Of a stretch of 64,000 nt of DNA, positions 9,795-20,694 are shown one piece after another. Location of the stretch: positions 4,243 through 68,242 of the forward strand of contig JBKJKT010000023.1 in the NCBI GenBank assembly GCA_046597415.1. Reading direction: 5' to 3'. This stretch comes from Ramlibacter sp. (lineage in GTDB: Bacteria; Pseudomonadota; Gammaproteobacteria; Burkholderiales; Burkholderiaceae_C). Under the pieces are notes generated by a model that did not search any database, was not told where the DNA came from, and worked only from the letters and a program-made list of their open reading frames with translations. The stretch's first letter is position 1, and the number at the start of each line of letters is the position of its first letter. The translations under genes and the position numbers were made by a program.

Positions 9795-10931
9795 TCAGAC
9801 GATGGCGAAATGCTCGGTGCCGGCGGACAGGTCGGAGCTCTTGGCGCGCTGCGAATTGAGCTTGATCTGCAAGCGCAGGTCATTGACCGAATCGGCGTTG
9901 CGCAAGGCATCTTCGAAGGTGATGGCATTGGCCTCGAACATGTCGAAAAGCGCCTGGTCGAACGTCTGCATCCCCAGGTTGCGGCTCTTCTTCATGACCT
10001 CCTTGATCTCGGAAACCTCGCCCTTGAAGATCAGGTCCGAGATCAGCGGCGTGTTGAGCATGATCTCGACCGCAGCGGCGCGGCCCTTGCCGTCCTGCTT
10101 GGGAACGAGGCGCTGCGAGATCAGGGCCTTCAGGTTCAGCGAAAGGTCCATCAGCAATTGCGGACGGCGCTCTTCCGGGAAGAAGTTGATCACGCGGTCG
10201 AGCGCCTGGTTGGCGCTGTTGGCGTGCAGCGTCGCCAGACACAGGTGGCCGGTTTCGGCGAAAGCGACAGCGTGCTCCATGGTTTCGCGGTCCCGGATTT
10301 CGCCCATCAGAATGACGTCGGGCGCCTGGCGCAGTGTGTTTTTCAGCGCCGCTTCCCAGCTGTCGGTGTCCAGCCCCACTTCGCGCTGCGTGACTACGCA
10401 ATTCTTGTGCGGATGAACGAACTCCACCGGGTCCTCGATCGTGATGATGTGGCCCTGCGATTGCTCGTTGCGCCAGTCGACCATTGCCGCGAGCGTCGTT
10501 GACTTGCCCGAGCCCGTCGCGCCCACCAGGATGGTGAGGCCGCGCTTGGACATCACCACTTCCTTGAGGACCTGGGGCACGCCCAGGCCGTCAATGGTGG
10601 GCAGGATCTGCGGAATCACCCGCATAACCATGCCGACCTTGCCCTGCTGAACAAAGGCGTTGCAGCGAAATCGCCCGATGCCCGGCGGGGAAATCGCGAA
10701 ATTGCATTCCTTCGTGCGCTCGAATTCGGCGGCCTGCTTGTCGTTCATGATCGAACGCGCCAGAGCCAGCGTGTGGCCCGAATTGAGCGGCTGCGGCGAG
10801 ACCTTGGTGACCTTGCCGTCCACCTTGATCGCGGGCGGAAAATCGCCCGTGATGAACAGGTCGCTTCCGTTGCGGCTGACCATCAGCTTGAGCAGGTCGT
10901 TGATGAATTTACTGGCCTGGTCGCGTTCCAT
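9795..10931 (-). CDS. pilU: type IV pilus twitching-motility ATPase PilU
   Basis: 378 aa. Walker A GATGSGKST and the PilT-family Asp/His boxes. Lies directly downstream of pilT. Confidence 0.9.
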   Translation of the reverse strand: MERDQASKFINDLLKLMVSRNGSDLFITGDFPPAIKVDGKVTKVSPQPLNSGHTLALARSIMNDKQAAEFERTKECNFAISPPGIGRFRCNAFVQQGKVGMVMRVIPQILPTIDGLGVPQVLKEVVMSKRGLTILVGATGSGKSTTLAAMVDWRNEQSQGHIITIEDPVEFVHPHKNCVVTQREVGLDTDSWEAALKNTLRQAPDVILMGEIRDRETMEHAVAFAETGHLCLATLHANSANQALDRVINFFPEERRPQLLMDLSLNLKALISQRLVPKQDGKGRAAAVEIMLNTPLISDLIFKGEVSEIKEVMKKSRNLGMQTFDQALFDMFEANAITFEDALRNADSVNDLRLQIKLNSQRAKSSDLSAGTEHFAIV

Positions 10932-10967
10932 GATGGTCCTTCAAATGCATTGAATCTCTATGCGGAA

Positions 10968-12011
<1,044 letters not shown>

Positions 12012-12043
12012 GGAGACCTTCCCGAATAACTTACCGGACGATT

Positions 12044-12739
12044 ATGACCACGATTGCCGACAACCTTCAAGGCGTGCTTGCGCGGATTGCTGCGGCGTGC
12101 GCAGCCTGCGACCGCGACCCGGGCGAGGTCACCCTGCTCGCGGTTTCCAAGACATTCGGCCCCGAGGCGATACGCGAAGCTGCCGCCATCGGCCAGAGGG
12201 CCTTCGGCGAGAACTACATTCAGGAAGCGGTCGAGAAGATCGCCCTGATGCAAGCGTTGCCGCTCGAGTGGCACTGCATAGGACCGATCCAGAGCAACAA
12301 GACCCGCCTGGTGGCAGCGAACTTCACCTGGGCGCACACCGTGGACAGGCTCAAGACTGCGCAGAGGCTGTCGGAGCAGCGACCTGCCGACATGGCGCCG
12401 TTACAGGTGTGCATCCAGGTCAATCTCGATGGCGGTGCGACCAAATCGGGTGTTGCGCCATCTTCGGCGCTCGGGCTGGCGCGCGAAGTGATGCAACTGC
12501 CCAACCTGCGCCTTCGCGGCCTGATGACCATTCCCGAACCGGCGGCCGATTTCGCCACGCAAAAGGCAACTCACCTGAAGGCAAAAGCGCTATACGACGA
12601 GATCTGCGATGCGGGCGTGCCGCTGGATACGCTGTCCATGGGAATGACCGGCGATCTGGAGGCGGCCATTGCGGCCGGCAGCACGATGGTACGGGTCGGC
12701 ACGGCGATATTTGGCACGCGGGAACGCGGCCCGGCATGA
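12044..12739 (+). CDS. yggS: YggS-family pyridoxal-phosphate homeostasis protein
   Basis: 231 aa. Contains VTLLAVSKTF (PLP lysine) and HCIGPIQSNK. Divergent from pilT, as is common in proteobacteria. Confidence 0.9.
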   Translation: MTTIADNLQGVLARIAAACAACDRDPGEVTLLAVSKTFGPEAIREAAAIGQRAFGENYIQEAVEKIALMQALPLEWHCIGPIQSNKTRLVAANFTWAHTVDRLKTAQRLSEQRPADMAPLQVCIQVNLDGGATKSGVAPSSALGLAREVMQLPNLRLRGLMTIPEPAADFATQKATHLKAKALYDEICDAGVPLDTLSMGMTGDLEAAIAAGSTMVRVGTAIFGTRERGPA

Positions 12740-12748
12740 CATCCGGGC

Positions 12749-13309
12749 CTATTTCTTCGGTAGCACCATCGGCTTGATGTTTCCGCAGTCGCTGCCCTGC
12801 CACCTGCCCTGCCCCTCCATGGTCATGCGCTCGGAATTGCCCTGCGTCATGGTCGTGACGGCCATCTTCATGTTGTAGGCCTCCGGACCCATGAAGGTCA
12901 CCTGCCCTTCTCCGCTGGAAGGCGGGTTGGTGCAGACGAATGCCATCTTCATTGTGTTGCCCGAGCGCGCCTGCTGCGTGGTGCGGCAATCGCCCTGTTG
13001 CACCGGCATCTCGTTGCGCTCTGCCATCTCCTTGGTCATGCAGATCTTGACGCTCATGCCACCCGGGCCGCCCGCGCCGAGCTTGACGCCCTGTCTGGCC
13101 ATCATCTCTTCCATCATCTTGCGTTGGTCGGGCGGCATGGCTGCCATCTGGGCCTGCGCCTGCTCGAGTTGCCGCCCCCGCTCGCCGTCCATCTGCATCT
13201 TGTTGGTGATTTCCCAGAGGCCGGGTTTGAGGCCTTGCGCCCCCGCCGCACTGGCAAGGAATGCGAAAACGCCCGCGAATGCGGCTGCACCGAAATAGTG
13301 AGACTTCAT
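12749..13309 (-). CDS. secreted DUF3617-like protein
   Basis: Starts at the internal ATG 13309 (MKSHYFGAAAFAGVFAFLASAAGAQG signal peptide). Followed by the KPGLWEIT motif and conserved Cys residues. Confidence 0.65.
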   Translation of the reverse strand: MKSHYFGAAAFAGVFAFLASAAGAQGLKPGLWEITNKMQMDGERGRQLEQAQAQMAAMPPDQRKMMEEMMARQGVKLGAGGPGGMSVKICMTKEMAERNEMPVQQGDCRTTQQARSGNTMKMAFVCTNPPSSGEGQVTFMGPEAYNMKMAVTTMTQGNSERMTMEGQGRWQGSDCGNIKPMVLPKK

Positions 13310-13402
13310 GTGAATCCCCTCGGCTGAAAAAGAGTCATTTTGCGTCATTCCTTTTGAAAACCGTGTGCGCTTTTGGGCGCTTTGCGCTCTCTTGTGCGCA
13401 AG

Positions 13403-14896
13403 TCAATCCAGCGTGGCCTGGCGCACCGCATGCTCCCAACCCGCCATCAGCTCCGCCGCCCGGCCCGACTCCAGCGCCGGAAGAAACCGGCGTTCGGATT
13501 GCCACAGCGCGGCCAGTTCGCCAGTGCCCGTAAATACCCCGCTGGCCAACCCCGCCAGATAGGCCGCACCTAGTGCCGTCGTTTCGGCCACGGCCGGTCG
13601 CACGACGGGAATGCCCAGCAGGTCCGCCTGGAACTGCATGAGCAAATCGTTGACGCACGCGCCTCCGTCCACTCGCAGCTCGCTCACCGGCGCGGCCCCG
13701 ACGGCCACCGCATCACGACTCATCGCCAGGAGCAGCGCCGCGCTCTGGTAGGCGATGCTTTCGAGCGCGGCGCGTGCGATGTGCGCAATGGTGGTCCCCC
13801 GTGAAAGGCCGGTGATAGTTCCTCGCGCGTCAGGCTTCCAGTACGGCGCGCCCAGGCCCGTGAAGGCGGGCACCATCATCACGCCACCCGAATCGGGCAC
13901 GCTCCCGGCGAGCGCCTGCACTTCACCACTGCCCTTGATGGCCTGCAGCCCGTCGCGCAACCACTGCACCACAGCGCCCCCGACGAACACGCTGCCTTCG
14001 GTGGCGAATTCGGTCTGGCTGGTGACTTGCGCGGCGCTCGTGGTGAGCAGGCCGTTCGTCGACGTCTGGAACTTGCCCCCGGTGTGCATCAGCATGAAGC
14101 AGCCGGTGCCGTAAGTGTTCTTGGCCATGCCTTCAGTGAAGCAGGCCTGACCGAATAGCGCGCTCTGCTGGTCGCCTGCGACGCCGCCGATCACGACGGG
14201 GGCACCCAGTAAAGAGGCCTGCGTGACTCCGTATTGCGCGCTCGAAGGCAGCACTTGAGGCATCAGCGAACGCGGCACGTTGAGCAGCGCCAGCAGTTCG
14301 TCGTCCCAGGCATTGCGGTGCACGTCGAACAGCATCGTGCGCGATGCATTGGTGACGTCTGTTGCGTGCAGCGCGCCACCGGTCAATTGCCAGAGCAGCC
14401 AGCTGTCGACGGTCCCGAATGCCAGCTCGCCGCGCTCGGCCTGTGCGCGTGCATCCGGCACGTTGTCCAGCAGCCACTGGATCTTGGTGGCGGAGAAATA
14501 CGAGTCGATCAGCAGCCCGGTGCGCGACTGGATCAGCGGCCCGTGCCCCTCTTCGCGCAATCGCGCGCAGATCGGCTCGCCGCGCCTGTCCTGCCAGACG
14601 ATGGCGTGATGGATCGGCCGCCCGGTCCTGCGATTCCAGAGCACCGTCGTTTCGCGCTGGTTTGTGATGCCCAGGGCCCGGATGTCCGTGGCCTTGAGCC
14701 CCGCCTTCACCAGCGCTTCACGGGCGGTCTCCAGTTGGCCCTGCCAGATTTCCATCGGGTCGTGCTCCACCCACCCGGGGCGGGGGAATATTTGTGGCAG
14801 TTCCTTCTGGGCTTGGGCGACCACGCGCCCCTGGCCATCGAAAACGATGCTGCGCGAACTGGACGTGCCCTGATCGAGTGCGAGTAGATAGGTCAT
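13403..14896 (-). CDS. glpK: glycerol kinase
   Basis: Starts at the internal ATG 14896 ([20 protein letters not shown]). [15 protein letters not shown] and [10 protein letters not shown] motifs; about 497 aa. Confidence 0.95.
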   Translation of the reverse strand: MTYLLALDQGTSSSRSIVFDGQGRVVAQAQKELPQIFPRPGWVEHDPMEIWQGQLETAREALVKAGLKATDIRALGITNQRETTVLWNRRTGRPIHHAIVWQDRRGEPICARLREEGHGPLIQSRTGLLIDSYFSATKIQWLLDNVPDARAQAERGELAFGTVDSWLLWQLTGGALHATDVTNASRTMLFDVHRNAWDDELLALLNVPRSLMPQVLPSSAQYGVTQASLLGAPVVIGGVAGDQQSALFGQACFTEGMAKNTYGTGCFMLMHTGGKFQTSTNGLLTTSAAQVTSQTEFATEGSVFVGGAVVQWLRDGLQAIKGSGEVQALAGSVPDSGGVMMVPAFTGLGAPYWKPDARGTITGLSRGTTIAHIARAALESIAYQSAALLLAMSRDAVAVGAAPVSELRVDGGACVNDLLMQFQADLLGIPVVRPAVAETTALGAAYLAGLASGVFTGTGELAALWQSERRFLPALESGRAAELMAGWEHAVRQATLD

Positions 14897-15019
14897 GCCG
14901 CGCAGCATATACGCCCACATCGATCCCACTGGCGGCAAAAAGCCCCTGAGAAGGGGCTTTTTGCGAAGGGCGAGCGCGCATCTGCGTGCTAGCCGGATTC
15001 CGGCGCTGGCGTCGTTACC

Positions 15020-17440
15020 TCAGGGCTGGCGGACGGGCCGCTCGCCCCGATTGCCCCGATTGCCCCGTTCGCCTTCAGGCTCGCTTGCAGCCTCGCTTGC
15101 AGCACGAGCCCTCTCGCTAGCGGTGGGACGACCCGGGCGCGCCGGCCTCGCACCCGCTGCTGGGGGTGGCTCGGTAGCCGAGCTTGCGGCGCGCGCAGCT
15201 GCCGAAGCCGCAGGCGCTGCAGGCGAAGCCTCTGGGGCTGGCGCCGGACGCGGCCGGCCCTGTGCTGGAGCCTCAGCCGCCGCCGGGGCAGCCGCCGGAC
15301 GGTCTTCGCGTGCTCCAGGCCGTGCATCGCGATCGCGGCCGGGACGTTGCTGTGGTGCTTCCGCCGAAGCTGCCGCACGAGCTGGAGCGGCCGCTGACGC
15401 AGGTGCCGGGGCTGGCACCGGGGCTGCCGCTGGCGCTGGAGCAGGTCTCGGAGCAGCAGCAGGGGCTGGGGCAGGCACCGGCGCTGCGGTTGGTGCTGGA
15501 CCCGGTGTGGGAGCAGCAGCAGGGGCCGGGGCCGGAGCAGGGACTGCCAACGGCGGTGCCGCAGGCCTGGACGCAGCGGAGCGCGCAGGTGCCTCAGGAC
15601 GCTCTGTGCGGTCGCGACCAGGACGTGAAGCCGTGGCTGCAGGCGCCGGTGGCGCGGGAGCCACGGCCGGTGCTGCAGATGCTGCCGGTGTGGCTGGCGT
15701 CGCCGGGCCGCTGGCAGCTCCGGGTCTTGCTGGGGTAGCTGGGGTGGCTGGGGTGGCTGGCGTTGCCGGGCCGCTGGCAGCTCCGGGTCTTGCTGGAGTA
15801 GCTGGTGTGGCTGGCGTTGCTGGGGTCGCTGGCGACGCCGGCGTGGCAGCACCCGGCGCAGCAACATCCTCACGAGTTGCACGTCCCGGACGACCGCCCG
15901 GCCGCTCGGGCCTGGACGCAGGAGCCGCCACAGGTTCGGCCGCCTTCACGACCTTCACCGCTGGCGCGCTGGCTGGTGCCGTGGGACTGATGGCCGCGAC
16001 AGCCGCTGCATCCAGCGGCTTGCCGGCATTTGCAGTCAGCGCCTTGAGCTTGTCTGCAAATGCAGGCTGTGGTGGTGGCGGCGCAACCTGGGCAACCACG
16101 GGGCGCGCGTTGGCCCGCTCGGGGGGCCGTGCACCGCCTGGTGCGCCACCAATGCTGGCACGTACAGGCGCCACCGGCGCAACGGTGACAACCTGCGCGC
16201 GCTGTGCAAGCTCGGGGGCAAGACGGACACGTTCACGTGCGACGGGCTGCGACTGGGCAAACGCTGCGGCTGCCATCGCGATGAGTGCACCTGGCAGATC
16301 CTGATTCACGTAACGCACGGGCTCACTGCGATTGCCGTAGTAGCGTTCCACCACGTTACGGTCTGAACCTGCATTGACGCTGTAGAAATACTCGCGGCTG
16401 GCCGTGTAGGCGGGCCGGTAGACCTCGCGCGGTGCCAGCGGGAACCAGCCTACGGTGTTGCCGGAGCCGGGCGCGCCGGAGCCGACAAAGGCCACCAGCG
16501 CAGGTGCGTAAACCGCCGTTTGCGCTGCCGGCCCCGGAACCCAGGACCACTGGCGATCAATCTGGGTCCAGCGACCGTAGTGCGAGGGCGCGAAACCCCA
16601 TGGCGCGTCATCAACCCAGGTCCAGCCCCATGGGTCGATCCAGGACCAGTGGCCGTCGCGGTACGGCGCCCAGTCGGCACTGACGTTGCGGGGAGTCCAG
16701 ACCATGCCGTACTCGGGCACCTGGCGCCAGGTGCCGTTGGCATCGAGGTCTTCATAGCCAATCATCTCGGCCGAAACGTACTTGCGCGAAACCGAGGAGT
16801 CCCAGCGGCGATCGCGCTGCGTGCTCCAGCGATCAAGGTCATCGACACGTAAGGCGGCAATGGATTCATAGTCGGACAGGCCGGTGTCATAGAAGCGGAA
16901 GCTGCGGCGTTCGTTCACGACAAAGGCCCGGCCATCGCCATAAACCTGCGCCGCGCCCTGCCGCACTGAGACGAACGTCGAGTCGTCTTGCGGATCGACT
17001 TCGATGCGATAACTGCCCGGACGGCGAATCGAAAAGGCAAGATTGGGCGTCGCCACTTCAAAGACCTGGCCCCGGTCGAGCTTGCGCACCCGGATGTTGA
17101 GCGTGCCCTGGGTCAATTGCAACTGGGTGATACGGTCAGTCAGATTCAGCAAGGTGATGCTGGTGCTGCCACCGATGCGAACTGCAGATGTGCCCATCTG
17201 CAGTTCGGCGCGCCCGCCGCGGTCCACCCAGAGGCTGTCCCCGGTGCTGAGCGGACGGTTGATGACCGCTCGACCCCAGTCGCGCTCGCCGCCGGGCGCA
17301 AAACTGGCGCTTCCGGCAACGTAGGAAAGGCGAGCCACGCGCGATGGCGGATCGGCGGCCCAGGCTCCATTGGCCACGACGAGCAGCACGAGGCCTAGCA
17401 GCCAGCGTCCCAACCCGCGTGTGAAAACGTTTGTTTGCAT
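15020..17440 (-). CDS. secreted FecR-domain / DUF6600-like protein with a long Pro/Ala-rich C-terminal tail
   Basis: Starts at ATG 17440 (MQTNVFTRGLGRWLLGLVLLVVANGAWA signal peptide) with GGAGAA upstream. Trp-rich block WAPYRDGHWSWIDPWGWTWVDDAPWGFAPSHYGRW. The last roughly 380 aa are almost entirely P/A/G/R. Confidence 0.7.
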   Translation of the reverse strand: MQTNVFTRGLGRWLLGLVLLVVANGAWAADPPSRVARLSYVAGSASFAPGGERDWGRAVINRPLSTGDSLWVDRGGRAELQMGTSAVRIGGSTSITLLNLTDRITQLQLTQGTLNIRVRKLDRGQVFEVATPNLAFSIRRPGSYRIEVDPQDDSTFVSVRQGAAQVYGDGRAFVVNERRSFRFYDTGLSDYESIAALRVDDLDRWSTQRDRRWDSSVSRKYVSAEMIGYEDLDANGTWRQVPEYGMVWTPRNVSADWAPYRDGHWSWIDPWGWTWVDDAPWGFAPSHYGRWTQIDRQWSWVPGPAAQTAVYAPALVAFVGSGAPGSGNTVGWFPLAPREVYRPAYTASREYFYSVNAGSDRNVVERYYGNRSEPVRYVNQDLPGALIAMAAAAFAQSQPVARERVRLAPELAQRAQVVTVAPVAPVRASIGGAPGGARPPERANARPVVAQVAPPPPQPAFADKLKALTANAGKPLDAAAVAAISPTAPASAPAVKVVKAAEPVAAPASRPERPGGRPGRATREDVAAPGAATPASPATPATPATPATPARPGAASGPATPATPATPATPARPGAASGPATPATPAASAAPAVAPAPPAPAATASRPGRDRTERPEAPARSAASRPAAPPLAVPAPAPAPAAAPTPGPAPTAAPVPAPAPAAAPRPAPAPAAAPVPAPAPASAAAPARAAASAEAPQQRPGRDRDARPGAREDRPAAAPAAAEAPAQGRPRPAPAPEASPAAPAASAAARAASSATEPPPAAGARPARPGRPTASERARAASEAASEPEGERGNRGNRGERPVRQP
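15690..15840. repeat. 63-nt tandem repeat (2 copies) built from 9-12-nt ATP/PAT sub-repeats, inside the Pro/Ala tail
   Basis: GCCGGGCCGCTGGCAGCTCCGGGTCTTGCTGG occurs at 15702-15733 and again at 15765-15796. It encodes PATPATPATPATPARPGAASG twice on the minus strand. Confidence 0.75.
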
Positions 17441-17582
17441 TTGTTCTCCTTCAATATTCCGGCGCTTGAGTGCGCTGGAAGACCATAGGGCGCATTGCAG
17501 AGTTAACCCTGTAGTCACTTGCGCTACAAAGCGGTCAGCCAATGCCGATATTGCGGTAAGTAATTCCTCCACCCACTTGTCC

Positions 17583-20500
17583 ATGCCCTCGTACCCTGCA
17601 CAGCGCCTGCCCTTTCCTTATCGACCCGAAGCAGACGTGGTCGCCCATCGGCTGCAATTGCTGGCCGGCGCCCTCGACTGGGCCGCAGCCGCTCATGTCG
17701 CCAGGCCCTGGATTGACGCGGTACGAAAACATCCGCCGCCGTTCTGGGCAATGGAAAGCCTGCTGAAGGAATACCCGATCTCCAGCGCCGAAGGCCTTGC
17801 GCTGATGCGGCTGGCCGAAGCCCTGCTGCGCGTGCCCGACGCCGAGACCGCCATTGCACTCACAGCCGATCAGCTGGGCCGCGCCGACTTCGAGGGCGCG
17901 GCCGATGGAACGCTCGCAAGACTGTCGCAAAGTGCAATCGCGCTATCGAAAAAATTCTTGCCCTCCAATCAGGAGCAGGGGCTGCTGTCCCGGGTCGGCG
18001 CAAAGACCGTGGTCGCCGCCACGCTTCGTGCGGTGCAATTGCTGGGGCGACAGTTCGTGCTGGGACAGAACATTCTTGAAGCGATGCGCGAAGCTGACGA
18101 TGCGCGAAAGCGCACGAGCAATATGCGCGTTCCGGCGCCGGGCCGCCCCAGGACGGAACAGCCCCCTTGGGGGGCATCGCAGTCCAAAGGGCAAGCGTGG
18201 GGGCTCACATTTTCGTACGACATGCTGGGTGAAGGGGCACGAACGGAAGAAGACGCGCTGCGCTACCTGGCGAGCTACACCGGCGCGATTGCGTCCATTG
18301 CGAAGCAGGCCCGCACGGACCGCCCGGTCGAACAGAACGACGGCATATCGATCAAGCTGAGCGCGTTGCATCCAAGATATGAAGAAGCGCAGCACCAGCG
18401 GGTGATGAGCGAACTGGTGCCCCGCGTGTGGACGCTGTGCGAGCTGGCAGCGCGCGCCAACATCAACCTCACCATCGATGCAGAAGAGGTGGACCGGCTC
18501 GAACTTTCGCTCGATGTGTTCGAAGCGCTCGCAGAAAAGATTGCGAGCGACCATCCGGCGTGGCAGGGCTTTGGCCTCGCGTTGCAGTCTTATCAAACCC
18601 GCGCGCTCGAACTCATCGAACACATCGCAGGTATCGCACGCAAGTACAAGTTGCGATTGATGTGCCGGCTCGTCAAGGGCGCGTACTGGGATTCCGAGAT
18701 CAAACGCGCGCAGGAAATGGGCCTGCCGCACTACCCGGTCTTCACGCACAAGCACCACACGGATATCTCGTACCTGGCCTGCGCGCAGGCGCTTCTCAAT
18801 GCGCAGGACGCAATCTTTGCCCAGTTCGCCACGCACAACGCAGCAACCATTGCTGCAATCCTGCAGATGGCGGCACGCTCCTCCAGCCGATTCGAACTGC
18901 AGCGGCTGCACGGCATGGGCGAAGGCATCTATCGCGAGGTACTGAAGAACCCGCTGGTTGCGTGCCGCGTGTATGCGCCCGTCGGGCAGCACCGCGATCT
19001 GCTCGCGTATCTGGTCAGGCGCCTGCTGGAAAACGGCGCGAACTCTTCATTCGTGCATCAGCTGGCCGATGAATCAGTCGGCATGGACGAATTGCTCGTC
19101 TCACCATTGCATCTACAGGCCACGCCTTCACTGCCGTTGCCGTCGGAAATTTATGGACCGTCGCGCCGCAACAGCGCGGGGCTCGACCTGACCGTGGAGT
19201 CACACTGCGCGCCCCTATTGGCAGCGTGGCATTCGATACAAGTGCCGGTCATGGCCCAAGCAAGCGCCGAACACGTCGAGGAGGCTGTAGCCCGGTCGCT
19301 GGCCGCGCACCGTGACTGGCGCAAAGTGCCGGTGGCCAGGCGCGCGGCGATCCTGCGCATCGCCGCAGACGCAATGGAAGCCCAGATGCCCGCCCTCTGT
19401 GCGCTACTGGTGAAGGAAGCATTCAAGACCTGGGGAGACTGTGTATCCGAGGTGCGCGAAGCAGTGGACTTCCTGAGGTACTACGCCAACGAGGCAGAGC
19501 GAATCATGCAGCCGATGGCAATGCCGGGGCCGACCGGTGAAAGCAACGAACTGCGACTCACCTCGCGCGGCCCGTGGGTGTGCATCAGTCCCTGGAATTT
19601 TCCTCTCGCGATCTTCACCGGACAGATCGCCGCTGCGCTCGCAACCGGCAACACAGTGCTGGCCAAGCCGGCTGAACAAACGCCCGCAATTGCAATGGAG
19701 GCGGTGAAACTGCTGCATGCGGCCGGCGTGCCAAACGACGCCCTGCAATTGCTCCACGGACCGGGTGAATCGATTGGTGCAGCACTGGTTGCTGTACCGC
19801 CCATTGCAGGCGTGGTATTCACCGGCTCGACGCAAGTTGCCCGCATCATTCACCGCTCGCTCGCCGCAAAAGATGGCCCTATCGTGCCGCTGATCGCAGA
19901 GACCGGCGGCGTCAATGCCATGCTGGTTGACTCCACCGCCCTGCCCGAGCAGGTTGCTGACGCAGTCATGCAGAGCGCGTTCCGCTCGGCCGGTCAGCGG
20001 TGCTCGGCACTGCGGCTGCTTTGCGTGCACGACGGAATTGCCGATGCGGTGATCGAGATGATCCGCGGGGCTGCGCGTGAACTCGTGGTTGGAGACCCGG
20101 CCAAGCTGTCAACCGACGTTGGGCCGGTGATCGACAGAGAAGCATTCGAGAACATCCAGACCTACCTGCGGCAAAAAGGCTGTCATGCAGACACCGACAG
20201 GCAATACTTCTTCCAGCCCCAGATCATCGAAGTCAAGAGCGTCGCGCAAGTCCAGCAGGAAGTCTTCGGCCCCGTGCTTCACATCGCGCGCTGGAAGGGC
20301 GATCCCCAGGACGTTATCGACGACATCAATGCCCTCGGATGGGGCCTCACGCTCGGCATCCAGACCCGGATCGACAGCCGTGCGCTGGCGCTGGCTCAGC
20401 AGGCCCACATCGGCAACATCTACATCAACCGCAACATCATTGGCGCAGTAGTGGGCGTGCAGCCCTTTGGCGGTGAGGGTTTGTCGGGTACAGGCCCCAA

Positions 20501-20597
20501 GGCGGGCGGACCTCATTACCTGCTGCGGTTTTGCGCCGAGCAGACGCTCACGATCAACACGACCGCCGCCGGAGGGAATGTGCAATTGCTGACTTGA
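17583..20597 (+). CDS. putA: bifunctional proline dehydrogenase / L-glutamate-gamma-semialdehyde dehydrogenase PutA (about 1004 aa form, no obvious RHH DNA-binding domain)
   Basis: Starts at the internal ATG 17583 (MPSYPAQRLPF...). PRODH motifs include SYDMLGE. The ALDH half carries FRSAGQRCSALR (catalytic Cys) and EVFGPVLH. Confidence 0.95.
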   Translation: MPSYPAQRLPFPYRPEADVVAHRLQLLAGALDWAAAAHVARPWIDAVRKHPPPFWAMESLLKEYPISSAEGLALMRLAEALLRVPDAETAIALTADQLGRADFEGAADGTLARLSQSAIALSKKFLPSNQEQGLLSRVGAKTVVAATLRAVQLLGRQFVLGQNILEAMREADDARKRTSNMRVPAPGRPRTEQPPWGASQSKGQAWGLTFSYDMLGEGARTEEDALRYLASYTGAIASIAKQARTDRPVEQNDGISIKLSALHPRYEEAQHQRVMSELVPRVWTLCELAARANINLTIDAEEVDRLELSLDVFEALAEKIASDHPAWQGFGLALQSYQTRALELIEHIAGIARKYKLRLMCRLVKGAYWDSEIKRAQEMGLPHYPVFTHKHHTDISYLACAQALLNAQDAIFAQFATHNAATIAAILQMAARSSSRFELQRLHGMGEGIYREVLKNPLVACRVYAPVGQHRDLLAYLVRRLLENGANSSFVHQLADESVGMDELLVSPLHLQATPSLPLPSEIYGPSRRNSAGLDLTVESHCAPLLAAWHSIQVPVMAQASAEHVEEAVARSLAAHRDWRKVPVARRAAILRIAADAMEAQMPALCALLVKEAFKTWGDCVSEVREAVDFLRYYANEAERIMQPMAMPGPTGESNELRLTSRGPWVCISPWNFPLAIFTGQIAAALATGNTVLAKPAEQTPAIAMEAVKLLHAAGVPNDALQLLHGPGESIGAALVAVPPIAGVVFTGSTQVARIIHRSLAAKDGPIVPLIAETGGVNAMLVDSTALPEQVADAVMQSAFRSAGQRCSALRLLCVHDGIADAVIEMIRGAARELVVGDPAKLSTDVGPVIDREAFENIQTYLRQKGCHADTDRQYFFQPQIIEVKSVAQVQQEVFGPVLHIARWKGDPQDVIDDINALGWGLTLGIQTRIDSRALALAQQAHIGNIYINRNIIGAVVGVQPFGGEGLSGTGPKAGGPHYLLRFCAEQTLTINTTAAGGNVQLLT

Positions 20598-20694
20598 AGT
20601 ACGACGCCGTGTATGACGCCGTCTTTGACCACCTCGATGACATTGGGCGTCGATAGAATGACCCGGCCCCATTCATCGAGCCCCCATTTCCTCC

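Noticed and set aside
14895-16304. 469-aa Ala/Gly-rich plus-strand ORF, and the 297-aa minus-strand alternative-frame ORF at 14989-15882
   Set aside because: Both are complement or frame-shifted readings of the Pro/Ala-rich tail of the 15020-17440 gene. That gene has a signal peptide, a folded domain and an RBS, whereas these ORFs have no independent start signals.
20625-20659. TTGACC ... TAGAAT as a sigma-70 promoter for the MoxR-cluster operon
   Set aside because: The spacing between the hexamers is 23 nt, far from the 16-18 nt optimum. Only the -10-like element is credible.
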